Below, in pieces: positions 1 to 9,835 of a DNA stretch of 64,000 nt (position 1 is its first letter; every line of letters begins with the position of its first letter). A program made the position numbers and the translations under genes. This stretch comes from an uncultured Phycisphaerales bacterium (GTDB taxonomy: Bacteria; Planctomycetota; Phycisphaerae; Tepidisphaerales; Tepidisphaeraceae): NCBI GenBank assembly GCA_963758525.1, contig CAVWVQ010000002.1:224001-288000 (forward strand), read 5' to 3'. The notes beneath the pieces were generated by a model. It was not told the origin of the DNA. It was given only the letters and a program-made list of their open reading frames with translations, and did not search any database.

Positions 1-491
1 CCCATCGAGACGCGTACGGATTGCCGCCAGAACGGATCGCAGCAGTGCGGGCCGAGCACGATCGCGTCGGCGGAGAACGCGGCGCTGATGCGAATCAATG
101 ATCCGAGATTCTCCGCGTTTGCCGTCTCGGGACAAATCACCAGCGTCAGCGACTCCTTGCCGTCCAGCACCTGATCGAGGCTCGGCGAAGGAATTCGTTG
201 CCCGCATGCAACCACGCCGGAGTGAAATTTGAAGCCGATGACGCGATGCACAAGCGCGTCGGGCACGAGATACAGCGGGACTTCCGCGGGAACCATCGCG
301 GCCAATGCATCAGCACGCCGCTGCGACATCAGAACCGATTCGACGGGATATGCGCTGGCGAGCAGCCGGCGGACGATGAATTCTCCCTCCGCCAGAAACC
401 GCTTTCCGTCGTGCGCAAGTTCGCGATCCTTGAGCGTCCGATAGGGCCCGAGGCGCTCGTCTTCGAGATGGGTCACGCATTCAACTGGCAC
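1..491 (-). CDS. TrmH/SpoU family RNA methyltransferase (5' part; runs off the window edge)
   Basis: Manual translation gives FLAEGEFIVRRLL...NAENLGSLIRISAAF...CDPFWRQSVRVSMG, matching SpoU motifs; GTG start at 491 is assumed. Confidence 0.8.
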   Translation of the reverse strand, partial: MPVECVTHLEDERLGPYRTLKDRELAHDGKRFLAEGEFIVRRLLASAYPVESVLMSQRRADALAAMVPAEVPLYLVPDALVHRVIGFKFHSGVVACGQRIPSPSLDQVLDGKESLTLVICPETANAENLGSLIRISAAFSADAIVLGPHCCDPFWRQSVRVSM

Positions 492-540
492 GTTTTCATC
501 CGCTCCGGCGCACCGGCATTCAGCTAAGAGCTCGGTTCAT

Positions 541-660
541 TACCCCCTCTCCCGGTGATCCGGGAAAGGGCTGGGGTGAGGGTGATTTCGAGGACCAGCG
601 GCGCCAGACGTCCCAAGTCACCCTCACTCGCCCTCTCTCGGCTTACCGGCAGAGGGGGCA
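541..660. repeat. REP-like palindrome (ccctcaccc..ccctctccc family); related copies near 54035-54080 and 54441-54487
   Basis: Imperfect inverted arms cccctctcccgg..ggggtgaggg / ccctcactcgccctctc..gagggg. Confidence 0.55.
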
Positions 661-747
661 GGTCGCTCCAAGTTCTGAAACGGGCACTGACTAACTCAGC
701 GTCCTTGATCGGGAACACCACTCCGGCCAAGCTCGCGCCGCTTCCCC

Positions 748-803
748 GTAGCACAGGCGCCCCGGCTGTGATCCGAAAGCCACAGCCGAGACGGCTGTGC
801 TAC
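748..803. repeat. Short palindromic repeat (cacagccgagacggctgtgctac family); copies also near 3425-3479, 14577-14599, 34036-34098
   Basis: The same hairpin motif recurs in four intergenic gaps. Confidence 0.7.
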
Positions 804-959
804 GAGAATAAATCCGCTCCATCCGCGTAATATTTGATGGAATCCCCGCCGACGCAAGATACACTCTTCCTCGGCGATCGGCATCGAGAGCCGTTTCGTC
901 CTGTCGCTGGTCATTCGTGTTCACGTCGGTCTGTCGGGTCATTTCTGCAGGAGATCACA

Positions 960-1178
960 ATGTGGTGGGATGTTCGTGGAAAATTGGACGGCAAAATCGT
1001 TCGTTATCGGGTTGAGGCGCTCAATCAGGCGATCGCGCAGACGCTTGTGCAATGGAAAGGGATTGAGATTCTCGCGATGGAGCCGGAGCGGCCTTTGATG
1101 GAACGGGCGCCGCAAACCACACTTCTCGAAGCATTTGGTCCATTCGTGGGCGATGTCCCTCCCACGTTATCTGAATAA
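960..1178 (+). CDS. Small hypothetical protein
   Basis: ATG preceded by caggaga RBS; 72 aa. Confidence 0.45.
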   Translation: MWWDVRGKLDGKIVRYRVEALNQAIAQTLVQWKGIEILAMEPERPLMERAPQTTLLEAFGPFVGDVPPTLSE

Positions 1179-1188
1179 CGGGCGGCGG

Positions 1189-1758
1189 TCAGTCGCCATG
1201 CAGTTTTCGCAGACGGCTGCTCAAACGCAGCATGAGCTGGACCCGCTCGAATTCGTTCAGCCAATCCTGCAGTGTCGCATCAAGTTCCCCCGAATCCGGG
1301 GGCATGATCCCAACAGGGCATGCCGCGCCCAGGTGACGCGCCGCCAAGGCGCGATAGCGGTTCAGCGAACGATCTCCCGCCAGGGCGCAGAAGGCGAAAT
1401 CTTCCGCCAGGAAGAGTGCGACGGGAACGCGATCGCCGCGATTGATCTGCAACTGGTCCGCCAGATCGCGATGCTGATCGCGATCGACGATTCGCACCCC
1501 GATCTTTGCCGGGTTCGCTTCGGCAATGCGCGCCCACAATGGGACTTGCTGCACGCAGTCGCCGCACCAGATGCCGCTGATCACCAGGACGTTCATCTGC
1601 CGGACGAACCCGCCGATGAGCATGCGCTGCGCGTCGTTCAACTTGGCGGCGTCGTACACGCCGGTCCACCGCCGTTGCTGCTCATTGGTCCCGGTCGCCA
1701 AATAGTCGGAATACGCCAGCGCCGCCGCAAATTTTCCAGCCCAGTCGAAGTCAATCAT
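1189..1758 (-). CDS. Thioredoxin-family protein
   Basis: WCGDC motif and RVP cis-Pro motif. Confidence 0.8.
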   Translation of the reverse strand: MIDFDWAGKFAAALAYSDYLATGTNEQQRRWTGVYDAAKLNDAQRMLIGGFVRQMNVLVISGIWCGDCVQQVPLWARIAEANPAKIGVRIVDRDQHRDLADQLQINRGDRVPVALFLAEDFAFCALAGDRSLNRYRALAARHLGAACPVGIMPPDSGELDATLQDWLNEFERVQLMLRLSSRLRKLHGD

Positions 1759-1766
1759 AAAACGAT

Positions 1767-2108
1767 TCAGCCCTTCTTCTCGTAGATTGTTTTTCCCGGC
1801 GGATAGCAGATGAGCTCGATCGCGTTGCCGAACGGATCGTGCAGATAGATTCCCTGCGTACCGTCCCGATGCTTGTCGATGGCAATGCCGCTCGTTTTGC
1901 TCGCCTCGGCAAGCTGCTCGTCGGTGACGTTCATCGCCACGTGGGGCGGATGCTGATGCGGATTCACCAACGCCAATTTCTGCCCCCCAACCCTCAAAAA
2001 TGCCCAGCTCGCGTCCTGGTACAACACCTCCGCCCCAAACCGCTCGGCATACCACTTCACGCTCTGCTCGATGTCGTTTGAGGGGACAGCCACGTGATCG
2101 AACTGCAT
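1767..2108 (-). CDS. VOC/glyoxalase family protein
   Basis: FDHVAV...YLHDPFGNAIEL. Confidence 0.85.
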   Translation of the reverse strand: MQFDHVAVPSNDIEQSVKWYAERFGAEVLYQDASWAFLRVGGQKLALVNPHQHPPHVAMNVTDEQLAEASKTSGIAIDKHRDGTQGIYLHDPFGNAIELICYPPGKTIYEKKG

Positions 2109-2353
2109 AAGAACTCCTTCACGCCCCGTTTCGCTACCCGACGCTGGATCTGAGGGACTCCGAACACCCGGATCATCCTCGCTCGATCCGAGCCTTGAGC
2201 GTACCTCAGACTCGGAGTGGTGGATCGAGATTTTGAAATCACTTCCAGCTCAAGCGAAGCGTAGCGGGGCAATCACCGGAAATCGACAGCTTTCTTGATC
2301 GACGGCGGTTACCGCGCGGTCCCTGAAGCTATTATGCATGCGTAATCACTGGA

Positions 2354-3265
2354 GTGGCGCGACAAAAGGAGACGCTCATGGACCAGGACGATGCGATGGT
2401 TGGGCAGATCGTGAGCCGCCGAAGTGCTCTGCGGATGGCGGCCCAAGCTGGAATCGGCTTCGCGATGGCTGGCGCGTTGGGGCGAATCGCGCGCGCTGCG
2501 CCGGATACAACGCAGCCGTCGAAGTCGCCTCTTTTCGTGAGTCCGTCGTTGACCGAGGGCCCGTTCTTCGTCGACGAGAAGCTCAATCGATCGGACCTTA
2601 CCAGCGGGACGACGCGAGCTTCGGTCATCAACGGACAGCCGCTGACGATAGCGTTCACGGTGCTCAAGCTCGCGGGCGGCGACTACGCGCCACTCAAAGA
2701 TGCGCATGTGGATGTCTGGCACACCGATGCGATCGGCGTCTACTCCGACGAAAGCAACCGGATGAATCACGAAGACACATCGAAGCAGACCTGGTTGCGC
2801 GGATATCAGGTGACAGACGCACAGGGGTTGGCGACCTTTCGAACGATCGTGCCCGGATGGTATCGCGGCCGCACGCCTCATGTTCATTTCAAGGTGCGGA
2901 GCTTTTCGGCCGAGGGGAAGTCAACCGCGGAGTTCACTTCGCAGCTTTTCTTCCATGATGAAGATACCGATCGGATCTACGCCAATGCCCCTTACAACGC
3001 CAACGGAAAGCGCGACCAGCAAAACTCCGATGATGGAATCTTCAGCGAACTGCAACCCGACGGCACCTCCGCCGGTTCGCACCTGACACTGGACCTCAAG
3101 AGCGACCGCGGCAATGCTTTGAGCACCACTTTCGCGATCGTTCTAACGGAGCAGTCCATGCACGCTCCGCGGGAGCACGGTCGGGGGCGCGGCCCCGGCG
3201 GTCCGCCGCCGGACGGAGATTTTGGTCCGCCGCCCGACGATGGCGGGTTTGGGCCGCCGAGATAG
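2354..3265 (+). CDS. Tat-exported intradiol ring-cleavage dioxygenase-like protein
   Basis: SRRSAL Tat motif; TEGPFF, DVWHTDAIGVYS, PGWYRGRTPHVH. Confidence 0.85.
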   Translation: MARQKETLMDQDDAMVGQIVSRRSALRMAAQAGIGFAMAGALGRIARAAPDTTQPSKSPLFVSPSLTEGPFFVDEKLNRSDLTSGTTRASVINGQPLTIAFTVLKLAGGDYAPLKDAHVDVWHTDAIGVYSDESNRMNHEDTSKQTWLRGYQVTDAQGLATFRTIVPGWYRGRTPHVHFKVRSFSAEGKSTAEFTSQLFFHDEDTDRIYANAPYNANGKRDQQNSDDGIFSELQPDGTSAGSHLTLDLKSDRGNALSTTFAIVLTEQSMHAPREHGRGRGPGGPPPDGDFGPPPDDGGFGPPR

Positions 3266-3658
3266 TGGGGTAGCTCTCTTCCGCAAGGTCACGGCTCGGT
3301 TCATCCTGCACCATACCGAGAATCCGCCGCAAGCCGCGGCGGCACGCGGTGCGGCTCCGATAGCCGCGGGCCGCGCCAAAAAACTTCTCGATAAAGTTGC
3401 AAGCAAACAGAGGGGGGGACCCTCGCAGCACAGCCGTCTCGGCTGTGACTTCGGGCCACAGCCGAGACGGCTGTGCTACGAAATGCCTCGCCTGTAGCTT
3501 GGACGTTGATCGAGTTATTCGTGCGACAGCACTAAATGACTTGAGCATGCCGCCGTTATTCAAACATGGCGGTCGACTATCACACGGATATGATCGACAT
3601 GCGTTATGACTCAAGTTGCGAATTGCAACGTCACGGGGAAAAGCGAAAGGATCTGAAC

Positions 3659-4216
3659 ATGAAGCCCATCATTCTGGCGGCCGCGCTGCTGGCGGCACTT
3701 GGCTCGATGACGATATCAGCACAGGGGCAGGAGACGCGGTGGCAAAAGGTTTTGGAGGATCGGCTGAATCTCTTCGGGGGGCGCAACTGGATCGTGATCG
3801 CCGATGCGGCATATCCCGCGCAGAGCAGCGAGGGCGTTGAAATCATTACGGCCGACGCTCCGCAGATCGAAGTCGTGAAGACCGTGCTGGCGGCGCTGAC
3901 GCAGTCGAAGGTGCTGGGCGCCAATGTCATCACGACTGGAGAGCTCAAATATGTTGCGGAGCAGGACGCGCCGGGGATTACCTCCTTCCGCGAGGGGTTG
4001 TCGCAGTTGCTGACAGGGCGCGAAGCAAGCGTCCTCGCGCAGGACCGCGCGCTGGCAAAAGTTGACGAGGCATCCAGAAGCGTTCGCGTTCTCGTGATCA
4101 AAACCGATTCGATCCTGCCCTACTCATCGGTCTTTCTGCAACTCACGGCCGCGTACTGGAGCGCCGACGCCGAAAAACGGCTGCGCGAGAGCATGCCTGG
4201 TGGGGGGAAGCCCTAG
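3659..4216 (+). CDS. RbsD/FucU-fold secreted protein
   Basis: RNWIVIADAAYP motif; signal peptide. Confidence 0.7.
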   Translation: MKPIILAAALLAALGSMTISAQGQETRWQKVLEDRLNLFGGRNWIVIADAAYPAQSSEGVEIITADAPQIEVVKTVLAALTQSKVLGANVITTGELKYVAEQDAPGITSFREGLSQLLTGREASVLAQDRALAKVDEASRSVRVLVIKTDSILPYSSVFLQLTAAYWSADAEKRLRESMPGGGKP

Positions 4217-4297
4217 TATCGGAGCGGGATTAACCACGAATGACGAAATCGGAAATCAAACAATAAAAAGCAATTCTGCCGCGCGCCGGCGTGATGG

Positions 4298-5105
4298 CTA
4301 CGGCACCACCACCGCACCGGGGTATTTTGAAATCAGCCGGATTTGCATCGCCCGCGCGTCAGCGAAGTTGGGGAGCGGTCCGACGCGGACAACTTCCTCG
4401 TTGGGCAGCGCGACGACTTCCGCGGTCAAGCCCTGCGTCTTGAGACTGGAGACGGTTCTGTTGGCGTTCATGAAATCGCCGAAGGCGCCGACCTGCACGT
4501 AGAAGCCTGTCGCGCCTTCGTGCTGCGCCGCACGGGTCGCAGGTTCGCTGCCGGGAAACTGCGATCGCACCATCTGAAACGAGCGGTCGGCCTGGGGAAA
4601 CCAGCCGAGCCGCTGCTGGCAGAGCCCGATCCGGTAGAGCACCCATGCCTTGGCTTCGGCCGGCTCGACCGCGGCGTAGGAAACCTGCCACTCGCGCACA
4701 GCAGTACCGTAGTCGTCGAGGTGATAGGCAATGTTCGCCAGCCCCGCGTGCAGCAGCGCCTGCACCTTTGGCGCCGATGGCCCGGCCAATCCGTTCGTGT
4801 AACTGATGCGCGCCGCGTTTAAATGCGCCTTGGCCGCATCAGTGTCGGCGCCGCTCTCGACGGCCTTCTCTTCATGCACCCGCCCCTCCAGGTAATAGGC
4901 CTCGGCAGAGCCTTCGCCTTTGGGAGTATGCTGCAGGAACGCTTCCGCGTCGGCCATCGCGCCGTCGTAGTCTTTGCGGTCCAGCGCCGCAAATCCCGCA
5001 TTGAGCTTTGTTTTGGCGGGGCCGTTGTCCGGCGCAGCCATCGGAGATGAGGACAGACAAAATCGCCGCAAGACTGAATCCCGCGGCGACGATCGCATTT
5101 CGCAT
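4298..5105 (-). CDS. TPR + SPOR domain lipoprotein (apparent frameshift near 5040)
   Basis: TPR-like helices and C-terminal FYVQVGAF..VRVGP SPOR motif; signal peptide MRNAIVAAG..DGC lies in another frame. Confidence 0.7.
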
Positions 5106-5153
5106 CCGTGCCTCTTTGAGTATGTTGTGCGTTCCTACAACGGAATCAGCCAT

Positions 5154-6641
5154 ATGCTTGTCGAACCATTGTTTGAACACGCGCGTCAGCAGCCCAACGA
5201 AATCGCGATCATCGACGATCGCGGCACTGTCCCCTATTCGCAGCTGGGCGCCATGGCGGCCGGGCTGGGAATGTATCTGGGAATGCAGACGCAATCCCCG
5301 CGCGTCGGCGTGCTTCTGCCCGCCAGCGCCGCGTTCGTCGCCAGTTTCTACGGAACCCTGCTGGCTGGCAAGACCGTCGTGCCCATCAACTTTCTGCTGG
5401 GTGACCGCGAGATCGCCCACATCATCCGCGACAGCGGCATCGATACCGTCGTCAGCGCCCCCCCGCTGGCGGCCCGTTTGAAGGACCTGCCGTTGAACGT
5501 CATCGACCTCACCCAACTCCCCTCGCCCTCCGGCGGGGGTTTTGCAATCCAGCCGAGCATTCCCGATCGCTCGGGCGATGACATCGCCGTGCTTATGTAC
5601 ACCAGCGGCACCAGCGGACTGCCCAAGGGCGTGTTGCTCAGCTACGGGAATCTGCAGAGCGATGTGGACGCCTCAATCGCTGCCGCGCAGCTCAAGCATC
5701 AGCATAAATTTCTCGGCGTCATCCCCCTCTTTCATTCTTTCGGCATGACCGCGATGATGCTCGCGCCGCTGCAACTGGGCGCCACGGTCATCTACCTCGC
5801 CCGCTTCAGCCCGGTCGCGACGATGAACGCGCTGCGACAGCATGGAGCGTCGCTGATGTTCGGCGTGCCGAGCATGTACGGCGCAATCTTCCGGCTGAAA
5901 GACGCCAGGCCCGAGGACTTCAAGTCAATCTACGCGATGCTCAGCGGCGGCGAGCCGTTGCCGGCGGCGCTGCGCGAAGCGTTCGAGAAACGCTTCGGAA
6001 TTCCCCTCCTGGAAGGATACGGCCTGACCGAAACAAGCCCCGTCATCTCGCTGAATACGCCACAGACGAAGCGCCCAGGCAGTGTGGGAAAACTCGTCCC
6101 TGGCGCGACAGCACGCATCGTTGACGACAACAGCAATGATCTTCCCGCCGGCCAGATCGGCGAAATCTGGCTCGGCGGACCGATGATCATGAAGGGATAT
6201 CACAACCTCCCAAAAGACACCGCCGAAGTGTTGACGGAGGACGGCTTCTTCAAGACCGGCGATCTTGGAAAGCTCGACGCTGAGGGATTTCTGTTCATCA
6301 CCGGCCGCAAAAAGGAAATGATCATCGTCGCCGGAGAAAAGGCTTATCCGCGCGAAATTGAAGATGCGCTTCTGGCGCACGGCGGCGTCGCGGAAGCAGC
6401 CGTGTTTGGCAAGAGCGACCCTTCGCGCGGCGAAGTCATTGTGGCGTGCGTGATTCCCAAAGAGGGGCAAACGATCACGGTGGAAATGCTGCGCGACTTT
6501 TGCCGCACGCACGGTTTGGCGCAGTGGAAGATCCCGCGCGAGATACAACTCATGGAAGATTTTCCGCGCTCGCCGACGGGCAAAGTGCTCAAAAGGGCGC
6601 TGGCGGAGAAGCTCAGCTCGGTGACTCTTGACGCACGATAG
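5154..6641 (+). CDS. Long-chain fatty acid-CoA ligase / AMP-binding enzyme
   Basis: YTSGTSGLPKG, EGYGLTE, FKTGDLG, PTGK. Confidence 0.9.
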   Translation: MLVEPLFEHARQQPNEIAIIDDRGTVPYSQLGAMAAGLGMYLGMQTQSPRVGVLLPASAAFVASFYGTLLAGKTVVPINFLLGDREIAHIIRDSGIDTVVSAPPLAARLKDLPLNVIDLTQLPSPSGGGFAIQPSIPDRSGDDIAVLMYTSGTSGLPKGVLLSYGNLQSDVDASIAAAQLKHQHKFLGVIPLFHSFGMTAMMLAPLQLGATVIYLARFSPVATMNALRQHGASLMFGVPSMYGAIFRLKDARPEDFKSIYAMLSGGEPLPAALREAFEKRFGIPLLEGYGLTETSPVISLNTPQTKRPGSVGKLVPGATARIVDDNSNDLPAGQIGEIWLGGPMIMKGYHNLPKDTAEVLTEDGFFKTGDLGKLDAEGFLFITGRKKEMIIVAGEKAYPREIEDALLAHGGVAEAAVFGKSDPSRGEVIVACVIPKEGQTITVEMLRDFCRTHGLAQWKIPREIQLMEDFPRSPTGKVLKRALAEKLSSVTLDAR

Positions 6642-6685
6642 CCGGTAGGTGATTCTGGTCTGAGTTTGAGACCAAAGGTGTCCAA

Positions 6686-6925
6686 ATGCGACAAGTCGGC
6701 AGCTACGAGCTAAAAACGCATCTTTCGGAAGTGCTGGATGCCGTGGAGCACGGGCAAACGGTGGTGGTTACCCGCCACGGAAAGCCGATCGCGCACATCA
6801 TGCCCAATCCAGAATTCAATCGCGAGAAAGTCAGGCATGCGGTTGAAACGCTGCGCAATTTCCCTCGCACCAGATTGCCGAAGGGCGTCACCGTACGGGA
6901 TCTGATTCAGGAAGGCCGGCGTTGA
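6686..6925 (+). CDS. Phd/YefM family antitoxin
   Basis: ELKTHLSEVLDAVEHGQTVVVTRHGKPIA; overlaps the PIN toxin gene. Confidence 0.9.
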   Translation: MRQVGSYELKTHLSEVLDAVEHGQTVVVTRHGKPIAHIMPNPEFNREKVRHAVETLRNFPRTRLPKGVTVRDLIQEGRR

Positions 6926-7335
6926 GACTCATCGCCGATATCTCAGTCGTCCTCGCCTGGTTTTTCGACGAACAGCAGTCCCCTGCCGCCCTCAGCACCC
7001 TGAAAGTTATTGAGAAGGAAGGCCTGCTGGTCCCTCCGCTCTGGTGGACGGAGCTTGAGAACGGCATCCTGATGGGAGAGCGCCGCGCGAGGAAAAACGC
7101 CCGTGAATCTGGGGCATTCATGGATCTGGTACGGGCTCTTCCGATCGAAACCGACGGCGTCGCGCCGCATCGCATAAGCCACAAAATCCTCGAAATCGCC
7201 AGACAACACAAACTGACCGCTTATGACGCGACTTATCTCGAACTGGCCGATCGACAGAAGGCGTCGCTTGCGACTTTCGACGCAGCCATGAGGTTGGCAT
7301 CCGTTGGCCTAGGCATACAGCTGTTTCTGCGATAA
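6922..7335 (+). CDS. vapC: VapC PIN-domain toxin
   Basis: IADISV...LTAYDATYLELA...LATFD. Confidence 0.9.
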   Translation: MRLIADISVVLAWFFDEQQSPAALSTLKVIEKEGLLVPPLWWTELENGILMGERRARKNARESGAFMDLVRALPIETDGVAPHRISHKILEIARQHKLTAYDATYLELADRQKASLATFDAAMRLASVGLGIQLFLR

Positions 7336-7459
7336 TTGAGCAACACGCAACCGCGCGTCCGGGAAGCTTTCGCGTGACAGAGCATCACCGGCCGCGCGGA
7401 ACAGCAGCGCGGCGGCGCGAAGTTTGACAAATTCCCTGTTTCGCAAGAGAACTATCGCG

Positions 7460-7840
7460 ATGGACCTGCAACTCCAAAAACTCAAGTTTGACGCCAACGG
7501 ATTGATCCCCGCGATCATTCAGGATCAGACGACCGGCCAGGTACTGATGATGGCGTGGATGAACCGCGATGCGCTGGACAGAACGATCGCCACCGCAAAG
7601 ACGCATTTCTTCAGCCGCAGCCGCAACAAGCTATGGCTCAAGGGGGAACGCAGCGGGCACGTGCAGCACGTCAAGTGGCTGCGCGTCGATTGCGACGCGG
7701 ATGTTCTGCTGATTGGCGTCGAGCAGGAAGGGGCAGCGTGTCACGACGGATATTACAGTTGCTTCTATCGTGAATATGCTCCATCGGGCTGGAAGATCGT
7801 CAGCGAGAAGGTCTTCGATCCGGACAAGGTGTACGCCTAA
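7460..7840 (+). CDS. hisI: Phosphoribosyl-AMP cyclohydrolase
   Basis: SRSRNKLWLKGERSG, DCDAD, ACHDGYYSCF. Confidence 0.95.
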   Translation: MDLQLQKLKFDANGLIPAIIQDQTTGQVLMMAWMNRDALDRTIATAKTHFFSRSRNKLWLKGERSGHVQHVKWLRVDCDADVLLIGVEQEGAACHDGYYSCFYREYAPSGWKIVSEKVFDPDKVYA

Positions 7841-7993
7841 AGCACGATCGCCACAACCCTCCCGAAGGACGGGGCGAGGGGGTGATGCAACGGCCTCTAA
7901 GCAGGTGGCAACCCCGTTAGCAGGTTCTGAAACGGCCTCAAAACGATGTTCAGAAGTACCTGATGGCGCCAGCTTATTGAGACAGTCTCACCG

Positions 7994-9256
7994 ATGCCCC
8001 GCACTCGTAAGCCGCAAGTCACTGTTACCAACAACCGTCCGCGCGTGGATCTGCCGTGGCCGCGTCAGCGCATTCTTGCCGCGGCGCTGCTGTTCATGTG
8101 GCTCGTATTGATCGTCTGGGGGTACGGATCGCTCCAGCATGACGGAGTCATGGTCAGCGGCGAGGAGTTGGCGCCGACGCGAGGCGCCTTCCTGGCCGTC
8201 AACGCCGCGACACTCACCGGTTTTCAGCAGTCGATCGGAATCAACGAATTTAACCCCGAGAACAGCCGCGGCGCCGTGACGGCGATAACGCTGGTCCTCT
8301 TCGGATCCTTCTTCGCGCAGACAGTCGGCGGCCTTGCCGTCGTGCGCGCGCTGCGGCTGAATTACTCGGTCTGGCAGGTCGTCGGGTCGGCGATTCTCTT
8401 TCAGTTCCTGGCCTCGATGGCGGGAGCCGCGGCAATTATCGGTCACGGGCGCACCCTCTTTGACGCCGTCTTTCAAGCCGCCGCCGCATTCGCGAATTGC
8501 GGCCTGGCAACGGGCCGTCTGAGCGGGGTTCGCGACGGAGCGACATACGTTCTGCTTCTCCTGGCGGTGCTCGGCGGGATGGGATTGCCGGTGCTGATGG
8601 AGCTGTATGACTCGCTCTGGGGTCTGCGGTCGCTTTCCACTCACACGCGTTGCGTGGTGCGCTGCATCTCGGCCGTCTACCTGCTCGGGTTCGCCGCCCT
8701 GCTTCTGCTGCAATGGCCCACTGAAGGCGCCAAGACATGGGCGCCCTGGCAACAGGCAATCGCCAGCAGCAGCATCGAAGCGCTCAACACACGCTCGGCG
8801 GGCATGCACTTTGAGATGATCGGCGTCCTCCCGCGCGCTGCGCAATGGCTGCTGATCGTCTTGATGGCAGTCGGGGCAAGCTCAGCAGGCACGGGCGGCG
8901 GAATCAAGTCGACAACGATCGTCCAACTGTGGCGGGGAACGTCTGACGCGCTGCGCGGCAGGCCCGTCAGCCGCGCATTTGGAATTGCCATCGTCTGGCT
9001 GTGCGTTTACGGCACGCTCGTGCTGCTGGGATTGCTGACGCTCCTGTCGCTGAATACCGAAATCGCCGCCGATCAGATGCTGTTCATCACGGTCAGCGCG
9101 ATCAGCAACGTCGGGCTGTCGCACAACCCGATCGCGGTGACCGGGGCAACGATGCAGACACTCACCGCGCTAATGCTCCTGGGCCGGCTGGCGCCGCTGG
9201 GCATTCTGTGGTGGATGGCGGAGACAACGGAGAACGCCGATCTTGCGGTGGGGTGA
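7994..9256 (+). CDS. TrkH/KtrB family potassium transporter membrane subunit
   Basis: Many TM helices; GASSAGTGGGIK, SAISNVGLS, MLLGRLAPL. Confidence 0.85.
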   Translation: MPRTRKPQVTVTNNRPRVDLPWPRQRILAAALLFMWLVLIVWGYGSLQHDGVMVSGEELAPTRGAFLAVNAATLTGFQQSIGINEFNPENSRGAVTAITLVLFGSFFAQTVGGLAVVRALRLNYSVWQVVGSAILFQFLASMAGAAAIIGHGRTLFDAVFQAAAAFANCGLATGRLSGVRDGATYVLLLLAVLGGMGLPVLMELYDSLWGLRSLSTHTRCVVRCISAVYLLGFAALLLLQWPTEGAKTWAPWQQAIASSSIEALNTRSAGMHFEMIGVLPRAAQWLLIVLMAVGASSAGTGGGIKSTTIVQLWRGTSDALRGRPVSRAFGIAIVWLCVYGTLVLLGLLTLLSLNTEIAADQMLFITVSAISNVGLSHNPIAVTGATMQTLTALMLLGRLAPLGILWWMAETTENADLAVG

Positions 9257-9284
9257 GCCGTGATTAACCCCCTCGCGCCGGAAC

Positions 9285-9794
9285 CTACTTCTCCCTTGCC
9301 ACCTTGCGACGTTCGACGAACGGGCCTTTATGCGACTTCGCGTGGCGCGCCGACTCTTCCGCCTCGATCTGGCAGACCTTCTCCACGCGGCGATCGTGTC
9401 TCCCCGCGGAGAATGGCGTGGTCAAAAATATTTCCACGATCTGGCGCAGATGGTCTTCGCTCAACAGATCGCTTCCCAGGCACAAGACATTGCAATGATT
9501 GTGTTCGCGCGCCAGGCGGGCGGTGATTTCGTCGTGCACCAACGCGGCGCGCACCCCGCAGATTTTATTCGCCGCCAGCGACATGCCGATTCCGCTGCCG
9601 TCCAGAAGAATGGCGATGTCGGCTTTGCCCGCGACAACCGCTCGTGAAGCGACGGCGGCAAAGTCGGGGTAGTCGCACGACGCCGCGCTGTCGCAGCCAA
9701 AATCCTCGATCTCATGCCCCAGCTTTTTGAGGGTCGGCAGCAAGCGCCGTTTCGCCTCGAATCCGCGATGATCGGATGCCAATGCCAGCTTCAT
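9285..9794 (-). CDS. rpiB: Ribose 5-phosphate isomerase B
   Basis: ASDHRG, DYPDFA, GSGIGMSLAANK, AREHN, GRHDRRV. Confidence 0.92.
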   Translation of the reverse strand: MKLALASDHRGFEAKRRLLPTLKKLGHEIEDFGCDSAASCDYPDFAAVASRAVVAGKADIAILLDGSGIGMSLAANKICGVRAALVHDEITARLAREHNHCNVLCLGSDLLSEDHLRQIVEIFLTTPFSAGRHDRRVEKVCQIEAEESARHAKSHKGPFVERRKVAREK

Positions 9795-9835
9795 CGATAC
9801 CAGCTCCTCAACGTACCCGCCTGCGCGGGCACGGA